Origin: Azolla caroliniana | Lineage: Eukaryota; Plantae; Polypodiophyta | Direction of reading: 5' to 3' | NCBI GenBank assembly: GCA_043228905.1 | Contig: JBHGNT010000018.1 | Span: 2,604,001-2,668,000, forward strand | DNA: 64,000 bases | Shown: piece after piece, positions 1 through 12,600 of the stretch | Numbering within the stretch: the stretch's first letter is position 1 | Layout of the letters: each line of letters opens with the position of its first letter | Notes under the pieces: model-generated | Seen by the model: only the letters and a program-made list of their open reading frames with translations | Told to the model about the DNA's origin: nothing | Databases searched by the model: none | Translations under genes and position numbers: made by a program

Positions 1-977
1 CTCCCGGGTACACACAGCCGTTCGGAACGCTCCGAACTTCGACGCCAAACCTCTGAGACAGATCTAGACCATCTCGCTCTCCTCGATGTTCACCTCTATG
101 GAGGCGAGGGAGTCGCAGATATCCTTGATCTTCGAGGTATAGTCCGCCACCGACAAGTCGCGTTGTCGTAGGTTGCTCAACTCCTGTCGGAGCTGAAGTT
201 TCTTGGCTGTGGTGCTCGCGGCGAAAATCTTCTTCAGATTTTCCCACGCACCCTTCGGCGTCTTTGCATCCCGAACATAGTTCAATAGCTGTTCGCTCAC
301 ACACGATGCGAAGCAGTACAATACCCTGCTCGCCGATTGTTCCCACAACGGGAAGTCTCTGTGTGTCGATTCGGGTGCGGCGTCATTAGCTCCTTCGACA
401 TAACTCCAGTAGCCGTGCCCGAGCAGGTACTAGTGCATCTTGTAGGACCGAGATGCGTAGTTGGTTCTGTCAAGCTTCTCTGTTGGAAGCGAGCTCGCCA
501 TGCCTCTATCCATCGTTCTTCTTGTTCTTCTTCGTCAAGCTGTGTCGGCTGCAGAGAGGTTCTCAACCCTCGCGCTCTGATACCATGTAGAAAATAACGT
601 GCGGAAGCAAGTATGAAGACTGAACAGAAGGGAGGAAACTCAGGTTCAATGGAGAGCTTGGGCTTACACGGTATACGCAAGAGAGACAGAGAGAGAAAGC
701 AGAAACACTATATTCAATAATAATACTCATTCTGTGTGTATACATAAGACGTGCTCAGTGAGCACTTTTATACAAGTCCTAAAAGGACTGACTGAAGTAC
801 TTACAGTACTTCAATGCTCATCAAGAGCCCCTACACTAACTCCCAAATATATTCCTCACGGAATATCTTTCCTAACGATCTCCCGGTTTATGTACTCGGC
901 CTAACCGATCGGTCCCAACCGATCCGGTCCTCGGCTTCTTCAGCCGATCCAGCCGATGTTGAGCTTGTCCCTCAACA
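1..977 (-). mobile_element. Ty1/copia LTR retrotransposon, 5' end (5' LTR 586-977, tRNA-iMet PBS 574-585, degenerate gag 1-513), inserted into the RNase H region of gypsy element C
   Basis: The minus strand reads TGTTGAGG...TTCTACA (LTR), then TGGTATCAGAGC (iMet PBS). Next is MDRGMASSLPTEKLDRTNYAS..KMH*YLLGHGYWSYVEG and a copia gag2/UBN2-like segment (AWENLKKIFA..KKLQLRQELSNLRQ..SVADY) with stops. Gypsy KPFIIEA is cut exactly at 977/978. Confidence 0.9.
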
Positions 978-2803
978 GCTTCGATAATGAATGGTTTTTC
1001 CGGATCGACATGAGCTAGAATTGGAGCCGATGTAAATGCCTTTTTAAGACTCTCGAAAGCCATGTCCGTTTCATCAGACCAGATGAACGGTTATCCCTTC
1101 CTGGTAAGTTGTGTGAGAGGTAGAACGATCTTTGAGTAATCTTGTATGAACTTCCGGTAAAAATTTGCAAAGCCTAGGAAGCATTTCACATCCCGCACCG
1201 AACGCGGAGTCTGCCATTCTACCACCGTTTTGACCTTAGTTGGGTCCATGGAGATGCCTTTTGACGAAATGATGTAGCCGAGAAATTCCACTTGGTTGCA
1301 CCCGAAACTACATTTTTCCAGCTTTGCATACAGACCATGTTCTCGAAGTCGTTTTAGTACTAATAGTACATGAGAATCATGTTCTTCTTGGGTCTTTGAA
1401 TAAACCAGTAGATCATCCAAATAGATGATCAAACAATCATCCAATAGATTTCGGAATATATCATTAGCCATGTGCTGGAAGACTGTCGGCGCATTAGTGA
1501 GGCCGAACGGCATGACCGTATACTCGAAGTGCCCATATCTGGTGCGAAACGTGGTCTTCCATTCGTCTCCTAGTCGGATCCGTACGAGGTTATATGCTCC
1601 CCGTAAGTCGATCTTCGTGAAGAACTTGGCACCATTGATCCGTTCTAAAAGACTTGAGATAAGGGGAAGAGCATACCTTTTCTTGATTGTAATGTTATTC
1701 AAGCCACGATAATCTACAACGAGACGAAGCGATCCATCCTTTTTCTTGACGAAGAAAATGGGCGCGCCGGTTGGAGATTTCGAATGCCGAATGAAACCAT
1801 TTTCCAAATTCTCCTCTATATAGGCCCGAAGGACTTCCAGCTCGGTTGGTGACAAATTGTAGATCGGTCCCCATGGCGGCTCTTTTCCCGGTTGTAAATC
1901 GATGGGGCAATCGTACGGTCGATGATGAGGAAGTGTGTTGGCTTGTACTTTATCGAACACATCGGCTTAATGACGATACTTCTCGGGAAGTTGAACGGTG
2001 GATTCTTCTTTAGTGGTGCTGGAGGGGTTTACTGATATTGCAAAGAGGAACATTTCCTCCTTGTGCCCTTCTTTACGCAACTGACGTAGCAAAATGGTTG
2101 CCATCTTCTGAGTTGACCCTTGGGTTTGTCGACACCAGATTTCTCTTGTTCTCCAATCTATGTTTGGGTTATGTAACTCGAACCACGGTAATCCTAAAAC
2201 TATGGGATGTTCTGGGATACTAACAATATTAAATGATACTACACATGCTAAGTTATCTAGGACAATATTAATGGGCTTTGACTCTTCTATGATATTTTCG
2301 GAAGCAATGGGACGTCCATCAATGACTACTACAGAGGCTGGACACTAGAGTTTTCTTAGGGATATCTTATGAGCTTGAGCAAATTTCTTATCCATAAAGC
2401 AAGAGTTAGCTCCGGAATCTAGGAGTGTTAGGACATGTACTGGAGGGGTACTTTTAGTACTAACTATTACTTGGGCTACGAACACATCACTAACTTTCTT
2501 AGAGGGAATGGAACCACTAATGGGTTGCACAGATCTAGGGTTGTCCAACCAAACGGCTCCTATTTTGGCTGGACTTAGTCGTTTAACTCTTCTTCTAACT
2601 GACTAATGACATCAAATTTGTTTGCTAGATCTAGGCTATTAGTACTATTAGGACCATCAGATATCCCTACTGAAATAGGCTCAGGTTTACTACAATTAAA
2701 ACTAACAACTATTTGGTTTACCTGTCTTCTTGGCTTATGGGGGCAATTTATTGCAATATGTCCTGGTCCACCGTAGTAAAGACATAGTCAATTTGTACGG
2801 CGT
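978..2803 (-). mobile_element. Degenerate chromovirus-like (Tcn1-type) Ty3/gypsy element C: gag zinc knuckle, protease, RT and start of RNase H
   Basis: Knuckle LCLYYGGPGHIAINCP (~2740-2787), protease LLDSGANSCF (ORF 2345-2548) and RT ORF 1091-1960 ([26 protein letters not shown]). Stops and frameshifts lie between the blocks. Confidence 0.9.
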
Positions 2804-4042
2804 TGTCGCGTTATTACGCGTGTACGTGTAGAAAGGGGGGACCTCGGGGGTCTTGGACCGAGGAGCGAGAGAGAGATCCAGAGAGAGAGAAAGATTCACC
2901 GACACGTAGAAGCGAGGAAGAGAGAAACAGAACGTAACACTTAATTATAATGATAGAGATTACAAACTCCGACAGTTACAACCGACAAAGCGGCGATGGG
3001 CCCGACACGGGGACCCTACTCACGCACACCGACGACGGTCACCGACTCCAAGAAACAAAAGAGAAAGGGGAGCGACTCTGCTGGAAGCACACGGGCTGTC
3101 CACGAAGCAGAGGCAGCGACCTCCCGACACCCGTTGAGAGCGACGATTCCTCCTCCAAGAGAGAGAGCTCCTCTTCCAATCTGCAGCAACCTCCTTCTTC
3201 CTCCTCCCACGCGATATCCTTCTCTCTTGTCAAGTCCCTTTTTATTCCCTGTCCTCCCCTCCGTCTGACAGAGATACGCACAATCCCCTGATAAATGCGT
3301 GCCGCCTTGTATCTCACCCACCGATATGTTTATGAATCGGGTACAAAATATCAAGTTACGCTGTCGTGAAGAAAACTGTCCACAAGCGGAATCGGTGCAC
3401 CGGAGCGTAGGAACCGACTCTTCATGCACGTGCGCCTTAAGTTGTACATAGGAGATCCTAGGTAGATTCGGTAGGTAGGAAGAAAGGGGGGGAAATGGCT
3501 CCTTCCTTGCCTATAAAGGGGGGGAGACGAAAAAGGGGGAGGGATCGCGGAGAGTCGAGGACGAAGTGCTGTCGATTTGCGTGCGAAGGCTTCTCTCCCT
3601 CTCTCTGGTTCGCAACTCCATAGCTCCCTTCTATGCAGGTTTCGGGAGGCTCGCGCTGCTCTGAGGAATGCCCGAGTGCTTCCGGCAGCACCTCCAACCT
3701 GCTCCTGTCTTTCTGTGCGTTTACAAACAGGCATCGGCATCTGTTCGCCGGCCTGTTCGGTTGAAACCGACTTCGTGTTTTGTTGTCTTCGTGTTCTTGT
3801 CGTTTGTCTTTGTTAATACATACATACATTCGTGTCTTCCTGTGTCGCTATCCCACTTGCGTCTTTGCGTCGAAGGGTTGTGTCCCTGTGGATCTACTCT
3901 CGCACGTAGTGGGTCTCTTTTCTTTTCTCTCTTGCTCTTCGGTACAGGACCCCCGAGGTCCCGCCTCATTCCACGCACCCGCGAGGAATACCTCGACATC
4001 TTTGGTGAACCCGACGTGAAAGAGGCGGCAAAAGAGCAGAAG

Positions 4043-6168
4043 ATGAAAGGGTCGGATCTTGCAGAGGCCATGGCTTCGGCCGTGGATCGGATACTGAGCG
4101 CACGCGAGGGCTCCGGCGCCCTCGACAGAGCCATTGAGGTGGTCGTCGGTACGATCGGCCGGTTCAGCGGAAAGGATGCCACGAAGTATTTGGCATCCTA
4201 CGGGGCAGAAATGTTGATGCGGGACATTCCGGAAGAGAGGCGTCTTGCCGGGTTTCCTCGAGTGGCGATGCCGAGCATCCATGCGGAGGTGCTCGAGGTG
4301 CGGGCGGAGAGCCGTACATGGGAGGAGTTCGAAGGCCGACTCCTGGAGAAATACGGGCTGGACGACGCGCTCCGGCTTTCGAAACGAGACTTCATGGAAT
4401 GGGTGGAGTCCCCCGGCAAGGGAAGAAACGCGTCGGCACTCCTCTGGGAGTTCGAAGAACGCTTTGCACGCCTTTCGGCGCTTGACCGAACCATTCTAGA
4501 TACGAGCCGAGTCCTACTGTTCGTCAAGTCGGTGGACGAGCGGGACCGGGATCAAGTCGGCTCCTTGCTGGAAACCGAAGACGGGCTGACGACCGACTGG
4601 GCAGCGGTCAAGAGAGTCTGTGGCCGTTTCGACAAACGGCGAGAATGGGCTGATAACGGGGCGGCCGGTGCGGTGTCTGTCACAGCAAGGAGGCTTGAAC
4701 CGGCACCGCAAGGGCGAAGGGAAGAAACCCGGGAATGGCTCGAAACCGGGCCGGCTTCGACCGGCGTGGTCAGTGGCTCATCCGGAGGAGCAGCGCTGGA
4801 GAAGTTGACGCGGGCGATAAAGGATCTCCAGATCGCCCAGACTCGAAGGGAAGGCGGCGAACCGGCTCGTGACCGACGGCCGGCAGCAGGGAATAGGTGC
4901 ATGTGGTGCGACGAGGTCGGCCACATCCGGAAGGACTGCGGTGATTTCGCAGAAGCGTTGAGGAACCAGGTGGTGTACCTGTGGGAAGGCCGAGTGCACG
5001 CCAGCGACACCAGAAGGGCCCTAAACCGAAACGACGGACGAGGAGGTATGAAGAGACTGATGGAAGAGGCAGTGGCCCGGCACGTGGAAGCCATCCACTA
5101 CTCGGCGTCGGCCGGCATTCGGGTCGGGGGCAGCGAGGCCCGAAAGGAGGGCAAAGACGGATTCTGGTCAGCAATGCTGGAAGGTCTTGCCGGCGCACGA
5201 CTAAGGAAAGACGAAACGGACCGTGCTGAGAGACGGGTCCGGGAAATAACCGGGTGGAGCGATCCGGTCGAGGAGAAGACGGGCTTCGTAGAAGCCGCCT
5301 GCCGGAACTACGAGGCTCTGGTAGAAGACAAGCGAGTGGGGAAAGCCGGAGCGGCCGGGCCCTCACAACGGTACGAGACCCGATTCGGGCAACGACGGAA
5401 CGATGCCGGTGGGTCCGGCTCGCAAGATAACCCCAGGAAGGGCGGATACCGACTGGGGACGGAAATAGAAAGGACTACGGACCTACGAAAGGTCCTGGAA
5501 GAACGGATCCTCGACAACAAAGTGGAGTTGTCATTACGGGAGGTGCTAGGGATCGCCAAGAAGGAGTTCCATGACTCCATTGTGGACCTGGTGAAACGGA
5601 AGAGGCTGTTGACGGAGACGGAACCGGAAAGACCGGTGGAGGTGTAGACGACGCACATCGACGACATGGCGATGGAAGACGAGTGGGCGGAGAGCCACTA
5701 TTCGAGGCCACACTGGCCCGAGCAACTACGGAGACCCCGGTAAAGATCGGAGATGTTCAGGAACCGGTGGTGGCGTTGGTGGAACACGGTTCGGAAATAA
5801 ACCTAATGTCCATGGACTTCTATAAGAAGGGAAAGTGGCCGATCAACACCAAGCACGGGTGGAAGATACGGGCGGCGACGCGCGCCACCGATGAACTGCA
5901 CGGGGCCTGCCCGAATGTGCGAGTAAAGATCGGCGACGTCGAGATTGACCAGCACTTCTTTGTACAGGAGACGTCCTCGCATCCGGTCATATTAGGGGAA
6001 CCATACATCACGGCGGCGAGAATGGAGACCAAGGTGCTAGACAACGGTTCGGCCTACGCGAGGGTCAAAAGCCAGGACGGGCGCCATTCGGTCCAATTTC
6101 TGACGGTGCGACCGAACCACGAGCGAAACCGCGAATCCCTCGGTGGCAAGAACCGGGAGGATTTTTAG
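4043..6168 (+). pseudogene. Gag-protease ORF of element A (in-frame TAG at 5645, 1-bp deletion near 5716)
   Basis: Starts MKGSDLAEAM, with CCHC knuckle CMWCDEVGHIRKDC and protease fold (LVEHGSEINLM...VILGEPY). It is collinear with B, where this stretch is continuous (EVRTTHLDD..HWARATT). Confidence 0.88.
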
Positions 6169-9100
6169 AGAGGGCTGCCAAGGCGTGGGGCCGAGACAGT
6201 CAGGACACTCGGGAAAGACCCCACGACTGTACGATAGGTAGGAGATTTTGCTTCTCCGACAACGGAGGGTGTATGATAGTCGGCATCGTTGGCCGAGAAA
6301 GGACAAGGGCGGAAGTGCGACTTCGAGCGTGCGGAGTTCTCGGCCCGGACGAGGAAATCAGCGGGGCCGTGGAGGCGGTCTCCTTCGACAACACCTTGGG
6401 GATGCTGAGGAAGGTTGTCGGAGAAGACCTTAACGAAGACCGGACAATACCGGTATGTTCCGAAGAGATGTACGAAGTCATCGCGAACTTCAGTCGGGGG
6501 CTTGGGTCGGATCGGACGGCCCGAGTTAGCACGACGTACAAGACTGTGGACCGGAAGGTAAGGCCAGTCGCGGCACCCTTGCCGAAGGGCAGCGAGTCCC
6601 GAATCAGAGGGGTGGCGTCGGACCCCAGTTTACAAGATCCGGCCTGCATAGGACACACCTTCACCGACGGGACGCTCCGGGAGCTCAAGATCGGTGGGGG
6701 CGGGTTCCTACTGCCAGCGGAGGAAGACCGGTTTCGGAGAATGCTCAGAAGGCATGGGAAAGACTTCGCATTCTCGCCGGAAGAGATCGGGTGCGTAGAC
6801 CCGACAATCGTGGAGCCGATGGTGATATTCACGGTACCGCATGTGCCGTGGAATCTCAAGCCGATTCCGGTACCAAGAGCTCACATCCCGGAGTTGATGG
6901 AGCTACTGAGGCAAAAAGTCGATATGGGTATTCTCGAACCGTCGAGCGCGCCATACTCGAACCGATGGTTTACCGTACCAAAGAAAAACGGAACATTGCG
7001 CTTCATTCAGGACCTGCAGCCGGTCAACAGAGTGACCATTCGGAACGCAGGAATCGGACCGACCATAGACGAGTTCGCGGAGGCCTTCGCCGGAAGGTCG
7101 ATTTACTCGGTCGGTGATCTGTACTCGGGGTACGACCAGTTCCAGCTAGCCGTGGAGAGCAGAGACATTACGACGATGCGAACTCCCCTCGGCCTAGTGC
7201 GAATGTGTACCCTGCCGCAAGGAGGGACCAACTCGGTGGCCCACACGGTGAATGCAATGAACAAGGTACTGAGGGATTGCATCCCGGACATCACCATGCC
7301 GTTTCTAGACGACATCCCTATCAAAGGGTGCCAGGTGGAAGAGAAGGACGAGACAGTCGGGCCGGACGGATGCCGGCGGTTCGTGGCAACACACATCGAC
7401 GACTGCGAGAAGGTGCTACAAAGGCTAGAGGATGCGAGGCTCACCTTCTCTGGGGAGAAATCGGCCTTCGGGCAATCAGAAATCCTGGTGGTCGGACACC
7501 TGTGTGGACCATATGGCCGGAAGCCGTCGCCGACAAAGGTAGAAGCCATCTCCGCGATGAAGACCGATTGTAGCTCGGTTACGGAAGTTCGGAGGTTCCT
7601 GGGGGCGTGCGCATTCTACCACATATGGATCCTGCATTACGCCCACGTTGCGGAGCCGCTATACGGGTTGCTGAAGAAAGGGCGAAAATTTGAGTGGCGA
7701 GACGAGCACACGGAGTCGGTCCGGAAGCTGAAGGAAGCTCTTGCGGCAGCACCGGCGCTCCGGAAGGCTGTCTACGGGAAGGGTACCCCGGTATACATAA
7801 CAGTGGATACAAGTCCGACCGGGATCGGATGGGTCATCAACCAAGAGGACAAGAACGGCATTCGGTTCCCGATCCGATTCGGTGCGAAGGTTCTCAGTGA
7901 AGGACAGCGAGGGTACGCCCAGGTTAAACGCGAACTCTGGGGTATCGTTTCGGCAGTAAAGGCCGACAAAGACTACCTGATCGGGACAGAAGTGGTTATC
8001 GAGACGGATTGCCTGCCGATTCTCGGCATGGTTTCCGGATGCGCGACACCGGACCTGACGATGCTCCGGTGGATAGCGTACATCAAGTCCCTGGACCCGG
8101 AAATACGGCACATTTCCGGAAAGGACAACGCCATGGCCGACATGCTTTCGAGGGCAAGGTTTGATGACGAGGGCGGCATGGTTTCGGAGGACGAAGAAGT
8201 TGGCGTGGACTTCTTCGAGGCAGCGTACGTAACGACCGAGGGGACGAGCACTCCGGCACTTAACGACTTCGACGAGATCAAGTACGACGGCAAGTGGCTC
8301 CAGATCGGTGGGTTTTTGAGGACGATGACGCTGGATGCGTCATGGACGAGGGACGAGGCAAACCGGATCCGGAAGAAAGCATACCGATTCTTTCTCCGGG
8401 ACGGATACTTATGGAAGCACCCGAAGAAGAGGAACGGCGTCCCGCTCCGGGTGGTGGCGATGAAGGAAGAACAGGAAGAGCTGCTGACGGCCTACCACGA
8501 CAGCCCTTGGGCTGGACACCGAGGAACGTGGGCCACGTTCGGGAAGATAAAGGGGAAGTACTGGTGGCCGGGACTGTACTGGGATGTGCATCGGTTCGTG
8601 ACAACTTGCGAGAGCTGTCAGATGCACTCCATAGTCCGACATTGGGACGAGCTTCACCCTACGTATCCTCCAACCATCCACTTCAAATGAATGGTAGATC
8701 TGGTGACAATGCCGATGGGAGTAGGACAGATGCGATATCGGGTCCTGGCTCGGGAAGATCTGACGAACCAGGTGGAAGGCCGAGCCGTTCAGAACAAAAC
8801 GACTGCGGTCGTATGTCGGTTCCTGATCGAGGACGTGATATGCCGGTACGGGTGCGTCGGGAAGATCGTGGCTGATCGCGGGGAGTTGGACGTCGAAGAG
8901 GCCGAGGAGCTATTCGACCGGCTAGGAGTCAAGCTTTCGCTTACCACTACGTACAATCCGGAGGCGAATGGAAAGGTGGAGCGCGGACACGGACCGATCG
9001 TCAAGGCTTTAGTTCGAGCATGTGGAGGTCAAGTCGGGAACTGGCCGCGGCTGCTGCCTTACGCGTTGTGGGCGGACCGAACTACGCACAGTTCGGTAAC

Positions 9101-9631
9101 CGGATTCATGCCGGCAGAACTCATGTTTGGGCAGAAGCCGGTCATGCCGATGGAACGTACGACCTCCTCGTGGGCAACCGTGGACTGGAGAGACGAGATG
9201 AGCCGGGAGGAACTGCTGGGGCGCGTATACGACAGCTCAAGCGAAGACCGGAGGACGTGGAGCAGGCTGCGGAAAAGCTTCGGGATGCAAGGATGAGGAA
9301 CAAAGCCCGGTTCGACAGAACGCACCGGCTCCGACCGAAGAAGATCAAGGAAGGCGACTGGGTGCTAGTCTACGACAGCAGCCTTGATAACCAGCACCGA
9401 GCGACACGGAAGTTCGCAAGAAGGTGGTTCGGGCCTTACGTGGTACAAAGCGCCAACGACAACGGGACGTACCATCTGGCGGAACTCGACGGTATGAGAA
9501 TGGCGATACCGGTAGCTGGGAAGCGGATCAAAGCGTTCAAGAAGCGTCACGACGACGAGCCGGATCCGGTTGACCTGGACCGCGACGACGAACAATCCGA
9601 GACCGAGGAAGAACCGACGGGCGGGGAATGA
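6159..9631 (+). pseudogene. Pol (RT-RNase H-integrase) of element A, in the -1 frame relative to gag-PR; TGA at 8688 and a frameshift near 9220
   Basis: RT (LPQG, FLDD), RNase H (TVDTS, KRELWG, ETDC), integrase HHCC (H..GH..CESC), DDE core and GPY motif. There is no chromodomain at the C-terminus. Confidence 0.92.
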
Positions 9632-12600
9632 AGGCTGGACCGGTTTTCTCCGTCCCAACACAATTTGGCGCATGCCGGTGGATGCACGGTTAGGTGGGGG
9701 CGGATGTCGTGAAGAAAACTGTCCACAAGCGGAATCGGTGCACCGGAGCGTAGGAACCGACTCTTCATGCACGTGCGCCTTAAGTTGTACATAGGAGATC
9801 CTAGGTAGATTCGGTAGGTAGGAAGAAAGGGGGGGAAATGGCTCCTTCCTTGCCTATAAAGGGGGGGAGACGAAAAAGGGGGAGGGATCGCGGAGAGTCG
9901 AGGACGAAGTGCTATCGATTTGCGTGCGAAGGCTTCTCTCCCTCTCTCTGGTTCGCAACTCCATAGCTCCCTTCTATGCAGGTTTCGGGAGGCTCGCGCT
10001 GCTCTGAGGAATGCCCGAGTGCTTCCGGCAGCACCTCCAACCTGCTCCTGTCTTTCTGTGCGTTTACGAACAGGCATCGGCATCTGTTCGCCGGCCTGTT
10101 CGGTTGAAACCGACTTCGTGTTTTGTTGTCTTCGTGTTCTTGTCGTTTGTCTTTGTTAATACATACATACATTCGTGTCTTCCTGTGTCGCTGTCCCACT
10201 TGCGTCTTTGCGTCGAAGGGCCGTGTCCCTATGGATCTACTCTCGCACGTAGTGGGTCTCTTTTCTTTTCTCTCTTGCTCTTCGGTACAGGACCCCCGAG
10301 GTCCCGCCTCATTCCACGCACCCGCGAGGAATACCTCGACAATGCGTCCATCCGTGTAAGAGCCGGTTCACGCGCCTTTCTCTCTGAATCCGCCTATGGC
10401 CGATTTTCTTCACGACATCCACCCCCACCAAACCGCGCATCCAACGGCATGCGCCAGAGACAGGTAGATACCGAAGAAAACCGGCCTCACTCATTGCTCT
10501 CCGATTCTTCGCCAGGCCCGAACTGATCGTCGCTGTCGCTCCCGCTCGCAGGCTCCAGCTCATCTTCGAACCGCTTTTTGAACGCTTTGATCCGCTTCCC
10601 GGCCATCGGCACCGCTAATCGTGTCCCGTCGAGTTCCGCGAGGTGGTACGTGTCGTTGTCGTTTGCGCTCGTCACCATGTAGGGCCCGAACCACCTCCTG
10701 GCAAACTTTCGCACCGCCTTGTGCTGATTGTCGAGGCTGCTGTCGTATACCAAGACTCAGTCGCCTTCCTCGATCTTCTTTGGTCGTAACCGGTCCGTCC
10801 GGTGGAACCGGGTCCTGTTACGCTCCCTCGCTGCTCGCAGCTTTTCCCTCGCCTGTATCACGTCCTCCGGCCTCCGCTCGAGTTGCCGAATCCGCGCCGC
10901 CAACAACTCCTCCCGACTCATTTTGTCCTTCCAATCTACCACTGCCCACAAAGAAACCGTCTGTTCCACCGGCATGATCGGCTTTTGTCCGTACATTAGC
11001 TCTGCCGCCATAAACCCTGTCACTGAACTGTGCGTGGTCCGGTCCGCCCATAGCGCGTCAGGAAGGAGTCGCGGCCAATTCCTGACCTGCCCACCGCATG
11101 CACGCACCAACGCCTTTACAATCGGTCCGTGCCCACGTTCCACCTTTCCGTTTGCCTCCGGATTGTACGCCGTGGTGAGGGAGAGTTTGACGCCCAGCCG
11201 ATCGAACAGCTCCTCGGCCTCCCGCACATCCAACTCTCCCCGGTCCGCCACGATCTTCCCAATGCACCCGTACCGACACACTACTTCTTCGATCAGGAAC
11301 CGCCATACCGCCGCGGTTGTCTTGCTTTGTAGTGCACGACCTTCCACCTGGTTCGTTAAGTCTTCCCGTGCAAGCACCAGGTATCGCATCTGTCCTACCC
11401 CCATCGGCATCGTCACCAAGTCCACCATCCACTTGAAATGTACCGTAGGCGGGTAGGTCGGGTGTAGCTCATCCCGGTGTCAGACTACGGAGTGCATCTG
11501 ACAGCTCTCGCAAGTCGTCATGAATCGATGCACGTCCTGGTACAACCCCGGCCACCAGTACTTCTCCTTCAGCTTCTCGAAAGTGGCCCACGTCCCGCGG
11601 TGTCCGGCCCAGGGGCTCTCGTGAAATGCCGTCAGTAGTTTCCCCTGTTCTTCTTTCTTTGCCACTACTCGAAGTGGAATGCCGCTTCTCTTCTTTGGGT
11701 GCCTCCATATGCACCCGTCCCGCAGGAAGAATCAGTACGCCTTCCTCCGTATCCGGCTCGCCTCCTCTCTCGCCCACGCTGCGTCCGGCGTCATCGTCCG
11801 TAGGAACCTCTCGATTTGGAGCCACTCCCCGTCGTACCTGTTTTCGTCAAATTCGTTAAGCGTCGAGGTGTTCCCTTTCCTCATCGTTACGTTAGCCGAC
11901 CCGAAGAAGTCCTCGCCGACTTCTTCGTTATCCTAAACCATGTCGTCTTCGTCTTTGAACCTTGTCCTTGAAAGCATTTCGGCCATGGCGTTGTTCTTTC
12001 CGGAGATGTGCCATATCTCCGGGTTCAGGGTCTTGATGTATGCTATCCACCGGAGCATTGCTAGGTCCGGCATCGCGCATCCGGAAACCATGCCAAGTAT
12101 CAGCAGGCAGTCCGTCTCGATAATCACCTCCGTCCCGATCAGATAATCCTTGTCGACCTTGACTGTCGAAACGACACCCCAAAGTTCGCGCTTAACTTGG
12201 GCGTACCCTCGTTGCCACTCGCTCAACACCTTCGCCCCGAACCGGATCGGGAATCGTACGCCGCCCTCATCCTCGTGACTGATTACCCTCCCGATCCCGG
12301 TCGGGCTGGTGTCCACCGTTACGCATATGGGAACATCCTTGCCGTAAACCACTTTACGGAGAGCCAGTGCCGCCGTAAGCGCCTCCTTTAGTCTCCGAAC
12401 CAACTCCGTGTGCTCCGTCCTCCACTCAAAGCTACGCCCCTTTTTCAATAGTCCGTAGAAGGGTTCCGCGACATGTGCGTAGTGCGGGATCCAGATGTGG
12501 TAGAACGCGCATGCCCCCAAGAATCTGCGGACCTCCGTGACCGACCGGCAATCGTTCCTCATCGCGGAGATGGCCTCTACCTTTGCCGGAGACGGTTTCC

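Larger units (their letters stand above)
3362..10341 (+). mobile_element. Ty3/gypsy element A, full length, related to B, nested in B's 3' LTR. LTRs 3362-3998 and 9705-10341 (637 bp each); tRNA-Trp PBS 4003-4020; PPT ~9690-9704
   Basis: The LTRs read TGTCGTGAAG...CCTCGACA and differ at about 6 positions by eye. The PBS TGGTGAACCCGACGTGAA is complementary to the 3' end of plant tRNA-Trp. The TSD is ACGC (3358-3361) / ATGC (10342-10345). Confidence 0.95.

Noticed and set aside
4003-4020. tRNA-Trp gene
   Set aside because: There is only an 18-nt complement next to the LTR, which makes it a primer-binding site.
3668-4042. N-terminal extension of the 659-aa ORF
   Set aside because: It lies in the LTR and PBS. 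Homology with B starts at the ATG at 4043.
5645-5647. Programmed stop read-through after gag in A
   Set aside because: B has a sense codon (CGG) here, and A also has a nearby frameshift, so this is decay.
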